The notes below the pieces were generated by a model that did no database searches, was not told where the DNA came from, and saw only the letters and a program-made list of their open reading frames with translations. A DNA stretch of 63,996 nucleotides, counting the filler, from Octopus bimaculoides (taxonomy: Eukaryota), in NCBI RefSeq assembly GCF_001194135.2. It is 7 parts of 6 records of this genome, joined end to end, with 100 filler letters (N's around TTAATTAATTAA, not from the genome) between each part and the next. Parts side by side here need not be neighbours in the genome. Positions count along the whole stretch, not along the records: positions 47,279 to 57,357 come from NC_068983.1; positions 57,458 to 59,302 come from NW_026311574.1; positions 59,403 to 61,665 come from NC_069003.1; positions 61,766 to 63,996 come from NW_026310730.1; 3 more parts are not named here. One strand, 5' to 3'. The position numbers and the translations under genes are program-made. Positions 48,301 through 61,969 of this stretch are shown here, in pieces. How positions within the stretch are numbered: the stretch's first letter is position 1; the number at the start of each line of letters is the position of its first letter.

Positions 48301-51300
48301 AAGCCCCAGAGGATCCGAGATCGAATTTTACTGAGACCAATCATTAACCTTTCATTCTCTCGGGACTGACAAAATATTGTATTACGCAAGTTCTTGTGTC
48401 GATTTAATTGAGACTATCTCCTTCCCCGAAGACCTCTGGCTTTGTGAGTTTCAGAGACAATTATTGTAGCTATCTTACCTCCAGATCAGCTTTAGCCAAG
48501 CCTTGATCAGTTACCTACTGACATCTTCCAGTTTTAAGACAGAAAATGGCAGACGGTAGTGTATTAGCTACCACCAGTGATATCTTCCTATCATGACAGC
48601 GCATCATCCATGTTCGTGCTCAGACAGCATGGACAGTTAACCTATAACGGGCACAGACGAATAGGCAGGTTGGCTAAGTTTTCATTCAGTAGTGAATCAA
48701 CAATAGATGAATGAATAGGAATATTATGATATATGGGTGACTTAGTCGTTATTTTTTGCAGGTCTAACAACCATATAGACCAGGTATGAAGAACTTTTTA
48801 CGAGAAGTAGGCTGTATGAGATATGACTCAACATCAGGCAGGGTCACACAACTAATAAAATTCTAGGCAATCTTTCATTAGTTATGCCAGTCAGAAAGTT
48901 CTTCGGGCCGCAGTCTGCCCATGACTAGTATAGAGTTACGGACGGAAGAAACTTCTGGTCTCAGTACATGGTTTTGTGTGTGACATGTTTGTGTGCGCAC
49001 CCGGTATATGTTTGTGCGTGTGCATACGCACGTGAAAATGAGCCACGTTTCATGTTGGTATGTTTGATTGAAAAGCAAAGATTAATATTAACAGTACTAA
49101 TATGTAGTTTCACACTGTGTGTGTATGTGTGTAAGTGCACATGTATATGTGTTCGTGTGTTTGTGTATGTGTGTGCCTAGTTGCGCACGCAAATGAGAGT
49201 GGCCTTTACGTGTGATGAGGTAATTGATTTTCTTTCTAAAAATCTTCAAATTTAATAAAGCCTGATGAGAACAGGCGGATGGATACATAGCTCTGGGCAC
49301 TATTTGTAAATACAACAATAGTTTTCTCTAAGTCAGTACTGACCGTGCATAACAATTAATTGCTGCAGGGAGAAAGACCGGGACACAGAAAGAGCAAGAG
49401 AAAGAGAGGGGTGACGGAAAGAGAGACAGAAGGAGGTTTTGGACCGAGAAAGAGAAAGAAGGGGGAGGGGAAGAAAGAAAGGCGATGCAGAGAGAGTTAT
49501 TTTTAGAAAGTTAAAAAAAAAGGAGAAGGATGTAAGAGGCGGGGGGATAATTGAGAATAAGAGAGAAGATTGGTAAGAAGAGAAAGAGAGAGAGAGTACG
49601 GGAGTGAGAGGATGGACGAAGGAAGATATAAAGAAAGAAAGAAAGCAGATGTATAAAGACGGGAATAGAGGTCTTTCTAGAGAGTTTAAATAAAACAAAA
49701 AAAACAAGGGGAGGTAAGAACGATGGAAAATGATTGAGAGAGAATTAGAGAGACGGTAGGGAAGAAGAAAACTTAATGGAAACAATTGATATATATAAAT
49801 ATATATATATATATGTACGAATGTATATATTTATATATGTGTGTAGAGAGAGAGAGACATAGAGGTGGTGAGAGACAACGAAAAAATATACGTAGAAGGT
49901 AAAAAGAAAACAAACAAAAAAAAACACGTCAGTGGAAGAGAGAAAGTAACGGAAAAGGAATAACAGTGAGATAGCTAGAAGGGAAAAGAGAAAGAAAGCG
50001 AGCGAGTGTGGAAGAGAGTAAAGAGAGAAAGAGAAAAGGTGAGGGTAAAAACATGTAGTAAGAGAAAGAGAGAGAGGAATATAGAAAAGAAGACGATATT
50101 GAGGGCGGCGGCAGAAATAGCAACGCAGAGAAATGGAGAGAATGAAAGAGAGGGAAGTGATGATTAGATAGACACTGAGGAGTAGAACCATAACCTGTTG
50201 GCTTTCTATTTGCTAAAGGGTTGAGTTTTATTAAGAACAACGTAATATTAATTCATTTAGACGTTAGTTCAAAATGGAGATCAAGACTTGCATTGCGTTT
50301 TTTTTTACATTTTTTTTGTTTTCTTTCTGGTAGAGAACGTAAAGGGACATAATCAAATATTGCACGACATACCAGAAGGCCGAGCGGATTTGCTTGCTTA
50401 CAGGTAAGCAACCGGCCGATTGCTGGTTCACTACATCCGTGAAACTCGGTGGGAATAAATGTCGCAAATATTATTTTTGTTCAATGTGTGTGTGTGTGTG
50501 TTTATATTTTACCTTTTACCTTTTACCTTTTAGTTGTTTCTGTCATTAGGCTGCGGCCATGCTGGGGCACCGCCATGAAGGGACCTGGAATATTCTAAGC
50601 ATTGCCATCACGTCTTTCATTTTGTTTAGACTTTGTGTAGGAGTGGTGTGGCGGGTTTACATTATCCAATATTGGCAATCTTTCGGTATTAGTAAACGAC
50701 GCCATTCACCCACACAACTTATCTTCATGACATAAATAAGCAGGTTAAGCTGACAGAGAGGGTGAATGACGTCGACTACTTATACCGAAAGATTGCCCCC
50801 AGTATCTCCCAAGTCTTTTAAAACAGTAGTGTGTTATACAAGGAGCATTTAGTTGTTATTTCTAACATGTTGGCCGTCTGCGTGGAACAGGCATTGGGAA
50901 CAACCGGAAACGAATAGCAAATACAAGCGATAAAAAATTTTTCATGGAATCTGGACTGAGAAAATAATTAATCGTTTAAAATTTTATAGTTATGCACGCC
51001 ATTATATTAAGCACCTTTAATTAAAATGTTATTTGTATTCATGGGGTGTAGTTGTCAGGCAAGTGATTTGATCTGAGATCGTACAATGAAACTAAAATGA
51101 ATGCAACGTGAAAGGCACATATCAGCCATTCAAAAACACACAAAGGTTATTAACTTCACTTAAACATTTATTACTGAACTTAATAGTCTTTGTGTGTTTC
51201 CGAATGGCTTATATACATTAATTAACGAGCAAAATTGTCCTGACCTGCTGGGAGAAGTCTTCCTTCTTGGTATGTAGACTCTCTCGTGTGTTCACGGAAG

Positions 51301-51509
51301 GAACTCAATGACATAGTATGATACATTTAAATAATTTGGAACATTTTCTTATAAATTTAAAAAAACTAAATATGATTAATTAAAAGTTATTTTCTCTCGA
51401 TATTTTCTAACAATGATTGAAAAAGAATTAATAATGAACTAAATTGTCTCATTATTTTTGAGAAAAAATTACAGGTAGCATATTTTGTCACTTGGTAAAT
51501 AGTTTATCT

Positions 51510-51866
51510 GTGGGGGTGCAATGGCCCAGTGGTTAGGACAGCGGACTCGCGGTCGTAGGATCGCGGTTTCGATTCCCTGAGCGAATACACCTAAAGCTAC
51601 ACGAGGCTCCGGTAGGGAGGGGCGAACCCTGCTGTACTCTTCCACCACAACTTTATCTCACACTTTCTTCCTGTTTCTGTTGTGCCTGTAATTAAAAGGG
51701 TCAGCCTTGTCACACTCTGTGTCATGCTGAATCTCCCCCGAGAACTACATTAAGGGTACACGTGTCTGTGGAGTGCTCAGCCACTTGCACGTTAATTTCA
51801 CGAGCAAGCTGTTCCGTCGATCGGATCAACTGGAACCCTGGTCGTCGTAAACGACGGAGTGCCAAC
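51510..51866 (+). mobile_element. tRNA-derived SINE family C, near full length, with target-site duplication
   Basis: A box (aatggcccagtgg), B box (ggtttcgattcc), tail acgacggagtgccaac. TSD aaatagtttatct (51497-51509) / aaatggtttatct (51868-51880). Confidence 0.9.
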
Positions 51867-52382
51867 GAAATGGTTTATCTAAAGATTTAGTGTATCATGG
51901 AGTTACCGTCTTTGTGCATGTGTAGATATGTGTATGTATATATGAGTGTGTATGCGTTTGTAGTTGCTGTTAAAATAATTTTGTATAATATCATATAAGA
52001 CACTTTGATGACAAATTTGTTAATTCCTACAGCTTTACTAACAGCTNNNNNNNNNNNNNNNNNNNNNNNNNNNNNNNNNNNNNNNNNNNNNNNNNNNNNN
52101 NNNNNNNNNNNNNNNNNNNNNNNNNNNNNNNNNNNNNNNNNNNNNNNNNNNNNNNNNNNNNNNNNCATATATATATATATATATATATACGTACTAACGA
52201 GCTATAGGCCTGAAATTTATATTTAAGATTTTAATTAAATATAAATTATATGATACTTGTACGGAAATTAATCCAGTTATATATATATATATATATAATT
52301 CAACATGTGCAACTCAAATACAATTTTTTTTATCACTTCCCGTTTTTCCCCTTCTCTCTCCGAGTGTTTTCTCCCCTCATCT

Positions 52383-52416
52383 TTTCTGTAGAAGGACGCA
52401 GGTTCGAAACGTCAAA
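52383..52416 (+). ncRNA. Near-intact minimal hammerhead relic
   Basis: TTT-CTGTAGA-A-GGA-CGCAGG-TTC-GAAA-CGTC-AAA: all three helices form, single core change A6 to U. Confidence 0.55.
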
Positions 52417-52524
52417 CTAATACACCTTATGGTTATTCTTCGCCTTTCTCTGTCTTTTGCTTTTTCATTCATTTCGAACCACACAACACACACACATACA
52501 CACACACACACACACATCTATAAT

Positions 52525-52700
52525 CGTTTCTACTATAGACACTAGGTTTAAGATTTGTGGGATGGGGTATGATGAGGTTAGTCGATTAGATCGAGCCCAG
52601 TGGTCTGCTGGTACATATTTTATCAACTCCGAAATGCAGACGAAATTCCGCTAAGCATTTTGTTCGGCGTGCTAGCAATTCTGACAGCTCGACGCCTTAT
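52525..52700 (-). mobile_element. Family-A SINE with internal deletion
   Basis: tttctactatagacactagg...gtcgattagatcgagcccag...ccgctaagcatt...gacgcctta. Confidence 0.7.
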
Positions 52701-52835
52701 ACATGCACATATGTAATATAGAAGTGTGTGTGTGCCTGCGTGCGCGCGGGCATATCTATCTTTCGGTCACTTCAGCCATGTAATGATACACATGCTGTTG
52801 GTGATATGTTCCATCTCTGGGCTCTTCCGTTTTCC

Positions 52836-52868
52836 TTTCTGGTGAAGAACTATTCGTGAAACGTCAAA
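52836..52868 (+). ncRNA. Degenerate hammerhead relic
   Basis: TTT-CTGGTGA-A-GAAC-TAT-TCGT-GAAA-CGTC-AAA: core A6 to G, stem II broken. Confidence 0.4.
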
Positions 52869-53166
52869 AACACTTTCTTTTTTTCCCACCTTTACCAACC
52901 GTGAAACTAATACATTTTATGTGCACGTCCTCTCGTTGTTTTGTTATTGCTATTATTAATGTTTCATTATTCGATTCGACTATATATATGTGTATGTGTG
53001 TGTGTGTGTGTGTATACACATACATACATGCACACGTTTTATACATACATAAATATATATATATGTGCATATATATATATAGTGCGTGTATACATATGTA
53101 CATACATGCACACGTTTTATGTATACATACGTATATATATATACATACATACATACATACATACAT

Positions 53167-53221
<55 letters not shown>

Positions 53222-54220
53222 CACACACTATATGTGTCTGTGTGTGTGTTTGCACTGTTCTGATATTCATTATCATGAGGAATGCACATATGTGTACTCG
53301 AGATGAAATGTTATATACCTTACTTGTTCGTTGGTTCTCACCTACCACCAGGGACTCACACGTGTTTTTCTAGTTAAACACCTAGCTAAGGAAAACCGTA
53401 ATTAATTTAACTCTCCGATAAAACATATTGAGACTTGCTCTAAAATAGCTGCCACAGTAGTAAAATTAACAAAATAAATATATATATATATAGAGAGAGA
53501 GAGCAATAGCGGTAAAAAGGAAAAAGTAAAAGAGAAAGAGAAAAAGGAAAAAATGATAAGAATATCCGACTCTTCTGTGTTCAGACAGTTTTATACAAAG
53601 ATAAGTGTTGACACATAGAAAATATGACAAGAAAACGGTGTAAGTATCTTGATGTGAAATTTAATATCAGTTAACGCTTGGCATGTGTATTGTAAGTGCC
53701 TTGGTGTGACTTCAGTGCTAATGACATCGTGATCTTAAAACCCGTGATAATCTCGTACCTCTTACGAAGACTTTCGACCTGCTAGAAAATGCAGTTAACT
53801 ATGCTTTTGGATCTCAATGTTGGTTTGAAATTTAGGGCGAAGCAACAGTCACAACAACATCATTGCTATAACGCGTATCTGTTTTTGTTTGATCTTTCAC
53901 TTGTTTCAGTCACTGAAATGCGGCCGTGCTGGAGTACGTCTTCGTCGAACTTTCTTGTTTTTTTCGGGGGGGGGGGGCTTTTTTTTAATATCTAGTATTT
54001 ATTCCGTCGTTTTTGTCGAACTGCTATATTATAAGGGATGTAAACAAACCATCACCGGTTGTCAAAAGGTGGGGGTGGAGCAAACAAAATCGAAATCCCG
54101 CAATATACACAAACACGCACAGACACACCATTTATCGACCCAGAACCTTTTTGACAAACCGCTGGTTACAGGAGACTTAAACATACCACGTGCGATGGTC
54201 AAACAGCAATGGAGCACAGA

Positions 54221-54253
<33 letters not shown>

Positions 54254-54303
54254 ATATGCATGTATATATGTATATGCATGTACATCGACTAGATGCGTAG
54301 AGA

Positions 54304-54514
54304 AGGCGGTGAGCTGGCAGAAACGTTAGCACGCCAGGTGAAATGCTTGGCGGTATTTCGTGTCTTTATGTTCTGAGTTCAAATTCCGCCGAGGTCGACT
54401 TTGCCTTTCTTTCTTTCGGGATCGATAAATTAAGTATCAGTTACGTACTGGGGTCGATCTAATCTACTGGACCCCTCCCCCCAAATTTCGGGGCTTGTGC
54501 CTAGAGTAGAAAAG
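54304..54514 (+). mobile_element. Full-length family-A SINE
   Basis: Complete head, core and tail. High similarity to 30633-30840. Confidence 0.9.
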
Positions 54515-56544
54515 TATATACGTAGAGGAGAGAGAGAGCGACAGAAGGAATAAAGAGAGAAATTGTGTATAAGCAAATGCGTAGGTTTCCGGTTACAAAC
54601 GCGCTTAAACGAAAGAAATGCCGTAACCAGTAACAAATGAGAAAGAAAAGACAGGACTCATAATCAACTGATGTAAATAATATATTTGATCTGAGACGCG
54701 GAATCAATGTTTGAATAATGGATCACCAATTTTTTTTCATTTTGCATGTCTTTCTATCTCCTTCTCCTTCTCTCACTCATCCTTCCATGCACAGGAAAAT
54801 ACAAGCATACATTTGTATGTATGNNNNNNNNNNNNNNNNNNNNNNNNNNNNNNNNNNNNNNNNNNNNNNNNNNNNNNNNNNNNNNNNNNNNNNNNNNNNN
54901 NNNNNNNNNNNNNNNNNNNNNNNNNNNNNNNNNNNNNNNNNNNNNNNNNNNNNNNNNNNNNNNNNNNNNNNNNNNNNNNNNNNNNNNNNNNNNNNNNNNN
55001 NNNNNNNNNNNNNNNNNNNNNNNNNNNNNNNNNNNNNNNNNNNNNNNNNNNNNNNNNNNNNNNNNNNNNNNNNNNNNNNNNNNNNNNNNNNNNNNNNNNN
55101 NNNNNNNNNNNNNNNNNNNNNNNNNNNNNNNNNNNNNNNNNNNNNNNNNNNNNNNNNNNNNNNNNNNNNNNNNNNNNNNNNNNNNNNNNNNNNNNNNNNN
55201 NNNNNNNNNNNNNNNNNNNNNNNNNNNNNNNNNNNNNNNNNNNNNNNNNNNNNNNNNNNNNNTTTACGGTTACAAATACAAACAAAAAGAGAATAACAAC
55301 AGGTGTCTTTTGACTAATAAGGACGAATCAAGTTGAGATGGCGTGTGGAGTGACAGCCTTGAGGCACACACATAGATGAAAGTCAGGAGACAGAAAAATA
55401 AGAGGTGCTGTGCGGGCGGCGAGTTTTTGGGCCAAGAAAGAAAGATCATACTTGGCTGAACACCGGTTACGTGGAAGGAAAAGAGAGAAGTAGGGGCAGA
55501 GGGATTGAAGAATTAGGGAAGGAATTAGAGAGAGAGGTGAGGAAGGGACAGAAGGAAAGTTACAAGGAAGATAATGAAGGAAAGTAACGAGATTAAAGAA
55601 AGAGAATGCCAAGGAATGTGAGAGAGGGGGAGCGAGAAAACGAAAAGAGGACAGAGAAAAGAAAGTATAAGGGGGATTAAAAGAAGGAGTAAAAAAGTCG
55701 TACATAATTTAGATACATACTTACTTACAAGGTGAGCAAAAAGTGTACGTACGCCGCAATTTCAATAATACTAAAACTCTAGAGAGTTTACCCGAAATAT
55801 CTCAGAAATCGTATATTTTATCTTTATGCTTTTTTTTTTGCATATTTACTTTCATACTTACCTTCGGCAGTGGAGTGCAAATTTTTGTGATATCTGGACA
55901 TCTATTTAAACAATTAAACACAATTTTTGTTTGTTATTTCTTGACGAAAACAAAACATGGCTTCCGTGACATCAACACACATACAGAATACACACACATA
56001 TAATGAATGTCATTGCGTGTTAATCAACATAAACACACGTCCGCTATCTGTGACATATACACACACATACGCACATACTAAGAAAAAAAAAACGTCCACT
56101 TTTGATGTACACAATATTTTAATCATTTAGAAATATTTTTAACTGAATGTGATTTCATCATCCAAAGTTTGTTAATTTCCGTAATTTTTTTTTTATTTAT
56201 TTACTTTTGTCTTAAAGTGAAAGAAAGGAGAAAGTGAAAGATGTATGTTCGTGTATATAAAATGGATGTGTGTGTGAAAGAGAGAGAGAGAGGGAGAGAA
56301 AGAGGAAGAGAGAGAGAGAGAGAGGGAGAGAAAGAGGAAGAGTGAGAGAGAGTGAGTGAAGGGGTGTGTTGTCATGTATACGTACATACGTCAATACATA
56401 TGTGTACATCTTTTTTGTATGTGCGTGTGCATCTGTGTGTGCATCTGTAATTCCCCGATTTTATGTTTGTTGCATTTTGTACCGACTTTATGTTTTGTGA
56501 TGTCTTAAAAATTCTTTGTATAGCCCTTTATGGGTAATAAAGAA

Positions 56545-56712
56545 ATAGATATTTCGTCTGTCTTTACGTTCTGAGTTCAAATTCCGCTGAGGTCGACTTT
56601 GCTTTTCATCCTTGCGGGGTCGATAAATTAAATACCAGTTGCGTACTGGGATCGATCTAATCGACTAGCCTCTCTCCAAAAATTTCCGACCTTGTACCTA
56701 GAGTAGAAAAGG
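56545..56712 (+). mobile_element. Family-A SINE, 5'-truncated
   Basis: atttcgtctgtctttacgttctgagttcaaattccgctgaggtcgactttgc...ctagagtagaaaagg. Confidence 0.85.
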
Positions 56713-57473
56713 ATATCACAATGCTCTAATTCAACTACATGTGAATATTGCAGTTATTCAGTACTAAATATATATAGGTCATAGATTATTTTGTCAAACC
56801 CATCAGTATAACTAAAATATACTTTTATTACAGTAAGTAATGTGATATGGATTCGGTGCATGATTTTTTTTACCTTCCCTTTATCGTTATTGTTCGCAGT
56901 CATTAGATAACTGTTATTCTAGGGCACCGCCTCGAAGAATTTTAGTCGAACGAATCGACCCCAGTGACTATTATTTTTTAAGCTTAGTAGTTACTGTAGT
57001 GGACTCTTTTACCGAATCGTTAAGTTAATGGGACGTGAACACACCAACACCTTTAGCCAAGCGGTAATGGGAGACAAAGACATACACATACACATACACA
57101 CATCGTTGCTATTATGCAAAAGAGTCGTAAGTCCAAAGCGTTGCTTTTTCAGAAAACGATAAAACTTTCACCATTCCATAGCAAAACTGTTGTACTACAC
57201 TTTGGCAATTTTTGATATCTTGGCGTCTGAAGCCGCTGGAGATACGATAGTTTGACCAAAAGAGCCGGCTATTGTAAGCAAAAATAAATTTTGAAAAGAA
57301 CACATTTGGCCAAATGACAGTTTAACTGTTAAACTTTAACATAATAGCAACGATATANNNNNNNNNNNNNNNNNNNNNNNNNNNNNNNNNNNNNNNNNNN
57401 NTTAATTAATTAANNNNNNNNNNNNNNNNNNNNNNNNNNNNNNNNNNNNNNNNNNNNGTGTTCAGTCAACGGT

Positions 57474-57508
<35 letters not shown>

Positions 57509-58350
57509 GTTCAGAGATTTAACATTACATATATATACGTATATGTATATCTGTGTGTGTTTGTTTTTGTGTCTGTGTTTGTCCCTCACTACCGCTTCAC
57601 AGATAGACGATGGAACAAAGTACCACACTTTAGAAAAGTTCTGGGGTTGATTAGCTCGACTAAAAGTTCTTCAAGGCAGTGCTCCAGCATGGCCGCTGTC
57701 TAATGACTGAAACAAGTAAAAGATAAATNNNNNNNNNNNNNNNNNNNNNNNNNNNNNNNNNNNNNNNNNNNNNNNNNNNNNNNNNNNNNNNNNNNNNNNN
57801 NNNNNNNNNNNNNNNNNNNNNNNNNNNNNNNNNNNNNNNNNNNNNNNNNNNNNNNNNNNNNNNNNNNNNNNNNNNNNNNNNNNNNNNNNNNNNNNNNNNN
57901 NNNNNNNNNNNNNNNNNNNNNNNNNNNNNNNNNNNNNNNNNNNNNNNNNNNNNNNNNNNNNNNNNNNNNNNNNNNNNNNNNNNNNNNNNNNNNNNNNNNN
58001 NNNNNNNNNNNNNNNNNNNNNNNNNNNNNNNNNNNNNNNNNNNNNNNNNNNNNNNNNNNNNNNNNNNNNNNNNNNNNNNNNNNNNNNNNNNNNNNNNNNN
58101 NNNNNNNNNNNNNNNNNNNNNNNNNNNNNNNNNNNNNNNNNNNNNNNNNNNNNNNNNNNNNNNNNNNNNNNNNNNNNNNNNNNNNNNNNNNNNNNNNNNN
58201 NNNNNNNNNNNNNNNNNNNNNNNNNNNNNNNNNNNNNNNNNNNNNNNNNNNNNNNNNNNNNNNNNNNNNNNNNNNNNNNNNNNNNNNNNNNNNNNNNNNN
58301 NNNNNNNNNNNNNNNNNNNNNNNNNNNNNNNNNNNNNNNNNNNNNNNNNT

Positions 58351-58555
58351 GTGTGTATGTTTGTACCCTGTCATCTCTTGACAACTTATGCTGGTGTGTT
58401 TACATCCCCGTAAATTAGCGCTTCGGCAAAAGAAACCGATGGAATAAGTACTAGGCTTATAAAAAGAATAGGTCCTGGGGTCGATTTGTTCGACTAAAGG
58501 CGGTGCTCCAGCATGGCCGCAGTCAAGTGACTGAAACAAGTAAAATACTAAAAGA
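58351..58555 (+). mobile_element. SINE family B, 3' half (other copies at about 18010-18090, 32828-32940, 46344-46403, 47279-47385, 50520-50580, 53880-54100, 56890-57100, 57550-57728)
   Basis: cgactaaaggcggtgctccagcatggccgcagtc..tgactgaaacaagtaaaa recurs in all these places on either strand. Confidence 0.8.
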
Positions 58556-58619
58556 ATATGCATACAGACACCTGTATATATACACGCATGCATACACACA
58601 CACACACGCATACATGTGA

Positions 58620-58860
58620 AGACGCATGGCTCAGTGGCAAGATCATCGGGCTCACAATTATGACGTAGTGAGTTCGATTCCTGGACTGAACTATGTGTTG
58701 TGTTCTTGAGCAAGACACTTTATTCCACGTGGCTCCAGTTCACTCAGCTGTAGAAATAAGTTGCCTTTCTCTTGGATAACATCTGTGACGTGGAGAGGGG
58801 AGGCTGATATGTATGGTCAACTGCTGGTCTTGTGCCTCGGAGAATAACTTTACAGGGTCA
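58620..58860 (+). mobile_element. tRNA-headed, CORE-like SINE
   Basis: A box tggctcagtgg, B box gttcgattcc, then CORE-like tgtgttcttgagcaagacacttt. Confidence 0.55.
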
Positions 58861-59869
58861 ATCCCATGGTCGTCTTCACCACATATATATATATATGTAT
58901 TTATGATTGTGCGCGAAGATAAAGTACTTCAGTCTCAAGTGTCACCTGTGTCGACCGGTGAATCGGATGTTGTTATATTCCGCTTCCAATTCTCTCTTGA
59001 AACCTCTTCTGAACCTTTCTTATTCACCATCGTCCAAATCGTGGAAGTAAATGAAACTCTTAAGTAGTGAGCAATAACATTGGTTCACAGACTCCGGACT
59101 CTGTGACTCCTATTTTGTTCTTGTTTTCAATCATCTATATGGCATTGGAGAAAACCCTCATCCCTCATGCTGTATCTATTAGTGGAAATGGAGAAGGGCT
59201 GAGTGAAATACTGAAACGTTACTGGACGTGTTCAAGGATGGACCGTTGTACCATACACTACGGAACTTAAATAAATGATATATATATTTATATATATATA
59301 TANNNNNNNNNNNNNNNNNNNNNNNNNNNNNNNNNNNNNNNNNNNNTTAATTAATTAANNNNNNNNNNNNNNNNNNNNNNNNNNNNNNNNNNNNNNNNNN
59401 NNGTCGTCGTCGTCGTCGTCGTCGTCGTAATGTTGTTGTTGAAGTTGTCATTAATGGTGGTGGCGGTAGCGGTAGCGAAGGTGGTGGTGGTGGCGGCGGC
59501 GAAGGTGGTGGTGATGATGGTGCTGATGGTGGCGGTGGCCATTCTGATAATAGCGGGTGAGGCGGGTCTTCTATTTCTATCTGGTAAGGCAGTCATTTAG
59601 GTCTCTCTGACTTTCTCGTTTAGACTGAAGTCGTTGCTGTTTAACCCTCGGGTCAGTCCTCTTTGACCATACGTACGATCAAAAGTGATCCAGCCTTGAC
59701 CATTGCATGTTCATCATTGCATGTTCATCCTTTATTTCGGAAGGCATGGTGTGACTTGAACGAGATTTAGCTGCTATTTCTAGCAAGGCGAATGACGACT
59801 CCGGTACTTATTGTTTAATTCAGATAGAAATATTGGGCATAAGAATGAAGCGTGCATGTAAAGTGCGCG

Positions 59870-61300
59870 CTATATAGTGTTCATTGTGAAATGTGGATAC
59901 TTTAAACGTGAAATGTATGATATGTAGACTGTACAATTTATGGAACGTGCAATTATTGTGTGTATAATATAGAGACTCTGTATGATGCAGGAATGCAGGA
60001 TGTATGAAATGTTTGATATATATATGATGTACGATGTACGATGTATATAGTGTGTGGTATACAGACTACATAATATACAAAGAGTATAATGTACAGCATG
60101 TTGGATATATAGACTATATAATTTATGGAACGTGTGATGTTTAGGCTTCATTCATATGTAGGGTGTACGATCCATAATAGAGTTATAATGTAGAGAATGC
60201 GTGATAGGTAGGTGGTGGCGGTGGCGGCGACACCTGATTGATTTGGAAATTTGTTTTCCCAAATTATTTATATCATATGTATAAATATATATGTGTGTAC
60301 ATATNNNNNNNNNNNNNNNNNNNNNNNNNNNNNNNNNNNNNNNNNNNNNNNNNNNNNNNNNNNNNNNNNNNNNNNNNNNNNNNNNNNNNNNNNNNNNNNN
60401 NNNNACAAACAACGACTGTAACAATTACACTTACAGACAACTGTAACAGCTACAGTTAGAAACAACACTTGTAACAATTACATTTTGAACAACAGCTACA
60501 CTTGCAAACAATAGCTGTATCAATTACACTTACTAATATCACCTATATCAGCTACACTTACGAATTACTATGTCACCTACATTTATTAAAAGCAACTATG
60601 TCGAATATATTCTATAACAACTATGTAAATTACTTATTAACTACCGTAGTATACTTATAACATTTATATCATCTACACTTGCTAATATATAGCTATATTA
60701 ACAACATTACTTGTTGTTGTTGGCACTCCGTCGCTTACGACGTCGAGGGTTCCAGTCGATCCGATCAACGGAACATCCTGCTCGTGAAATTAATGTCCAA
60801 GTGGCTGAGCACTCCACAGACACGTGTACCCTTAACGTAGTTCTCGGGGATATTCAGCGTGACACGATGTGACAAGGCTGACCCTTTGAATTACAGGTAC
60901 AACAGAAACAGGAAGACAGAGCGAGAGAAAGTTGTGGTGGAAGAGTACAGCAGGGTTCGCCACCATCCCCCTGGCGGAGCCTCGTGGAGCCTTAGGTGTT
61001 TTCGCTCAATAAACACTCACAACGCCCGGTCTGGGAATCGAAACGCCGATCCTATGACCACAAATCCGCTACCCTAACCACTGGGCCATTGCGCCTCCAC
61101 ACTACATTACTAACAACAACTAAATCAACAAGACTTACAAATAACAACTTCACTTATTGACACCAATTGCATCAAATTCACTAATAATTACGATAGCAAC
61201 TGATCTTACACACAGTAAGTGTATCACCTACATTTACTGATAAGAACGCATCAGTAACTTTTACTAACAACAAATCTATCAACAACACTTTCTAATAGCT
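59870..61300. repeat. Highly degenerate minisatellite region interrupted by a SINE
   Basis: agact.ta.aatttatggaacgtg twice (about 59925 and 60110). Recurrent acaactgtaacaattacactt / cagctacactt units 60405-60710, resuming after 61100. Confidence 0.55.
60712..61100 (-). mobile_element. tRNA-derived SINE family C, full length, (CAA)n tail, with TSD
   Basis: Reverse homologue of 51510-51866. TSD acaacattact (60701-60711) / actacattact (61101-61111). Confidence 0.9.
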
Positions 61301-61304
61301 AACA

Positions 61305-61665
61305 TTCTTTTCTACTCAAGGCACAAGGCCCGAAATTTTGGGGCAGGGGGCCAGTCGATTAGATCAACCTCAGTACGCGACTGGTACTTAATTTATCGAC
61401 TCTGAAAGGATGAAATGCAAAGTCGACCTCGGCGGAATTTGAACTCAAAACGTAAAGACAGACGAAATACCGCAAAGCATTTCGCTCGGCGTGCTAACGT
61501 TTCTTATTTCTTTATTGCCCATAAGGGGCTAAACCAAGAGGGGACAAACAAGGACAGACAAAAGATTAAGTCGATTACATCGACCTCAGTGCTTAACTGG
61601 TACTTAATTTATCGACCCCGAAAGGATGAAAGGCAAAGTCGACCTCGGCGGAATTTGAACTCAAA
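61305..61665 (-). mobile_element. Two family-A SINE copies, the second cut by a gap
   Basis: Reverse cores at about 61390-61440 and 61610-61665. Confidence 0.8.
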
Positions 61666-61969
61666 NNNNNNNNNNNNNNNNNNNNNNNNNNNNNNNNNNN
61701 NNNNNNNNNTTAATTAATTAANNNNNNNNNNNNNNNNNNNNNNNNNNNNNNNNNNNNNNNNNNNNAACAATTAGTTAAAATAAAGTCTGGAGAATATACA
61801 AAACACTCTAGTATGCGACCACACCTAGCACACCAGTAAAATACTTATTTACAAAGAGAGGAGAGTGTAAGAGACAAAAACATTTGAAAATTCGCCCCCA
61901 AAGAATGTACAACCAAATTCTATGGAGCAACTTAAGTCAGCCCCAGCTAGAGCAGACTTACAATACGAC

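Noticed and set aside
48762-48783. 22-nt exon-like segment ttttttgcag...ccag|gtatga
   Set aside because: Appears to sit in a degenerate interspersed repeat, the donor is weak, and there is no partner exon
51510-51580. tRNA gene
   Set aside because: A and B boxes run directly into a SINE body with tail and TSDs. No complete cloverleaf. Same for the heads at 13622, 58620 and 61030-61100
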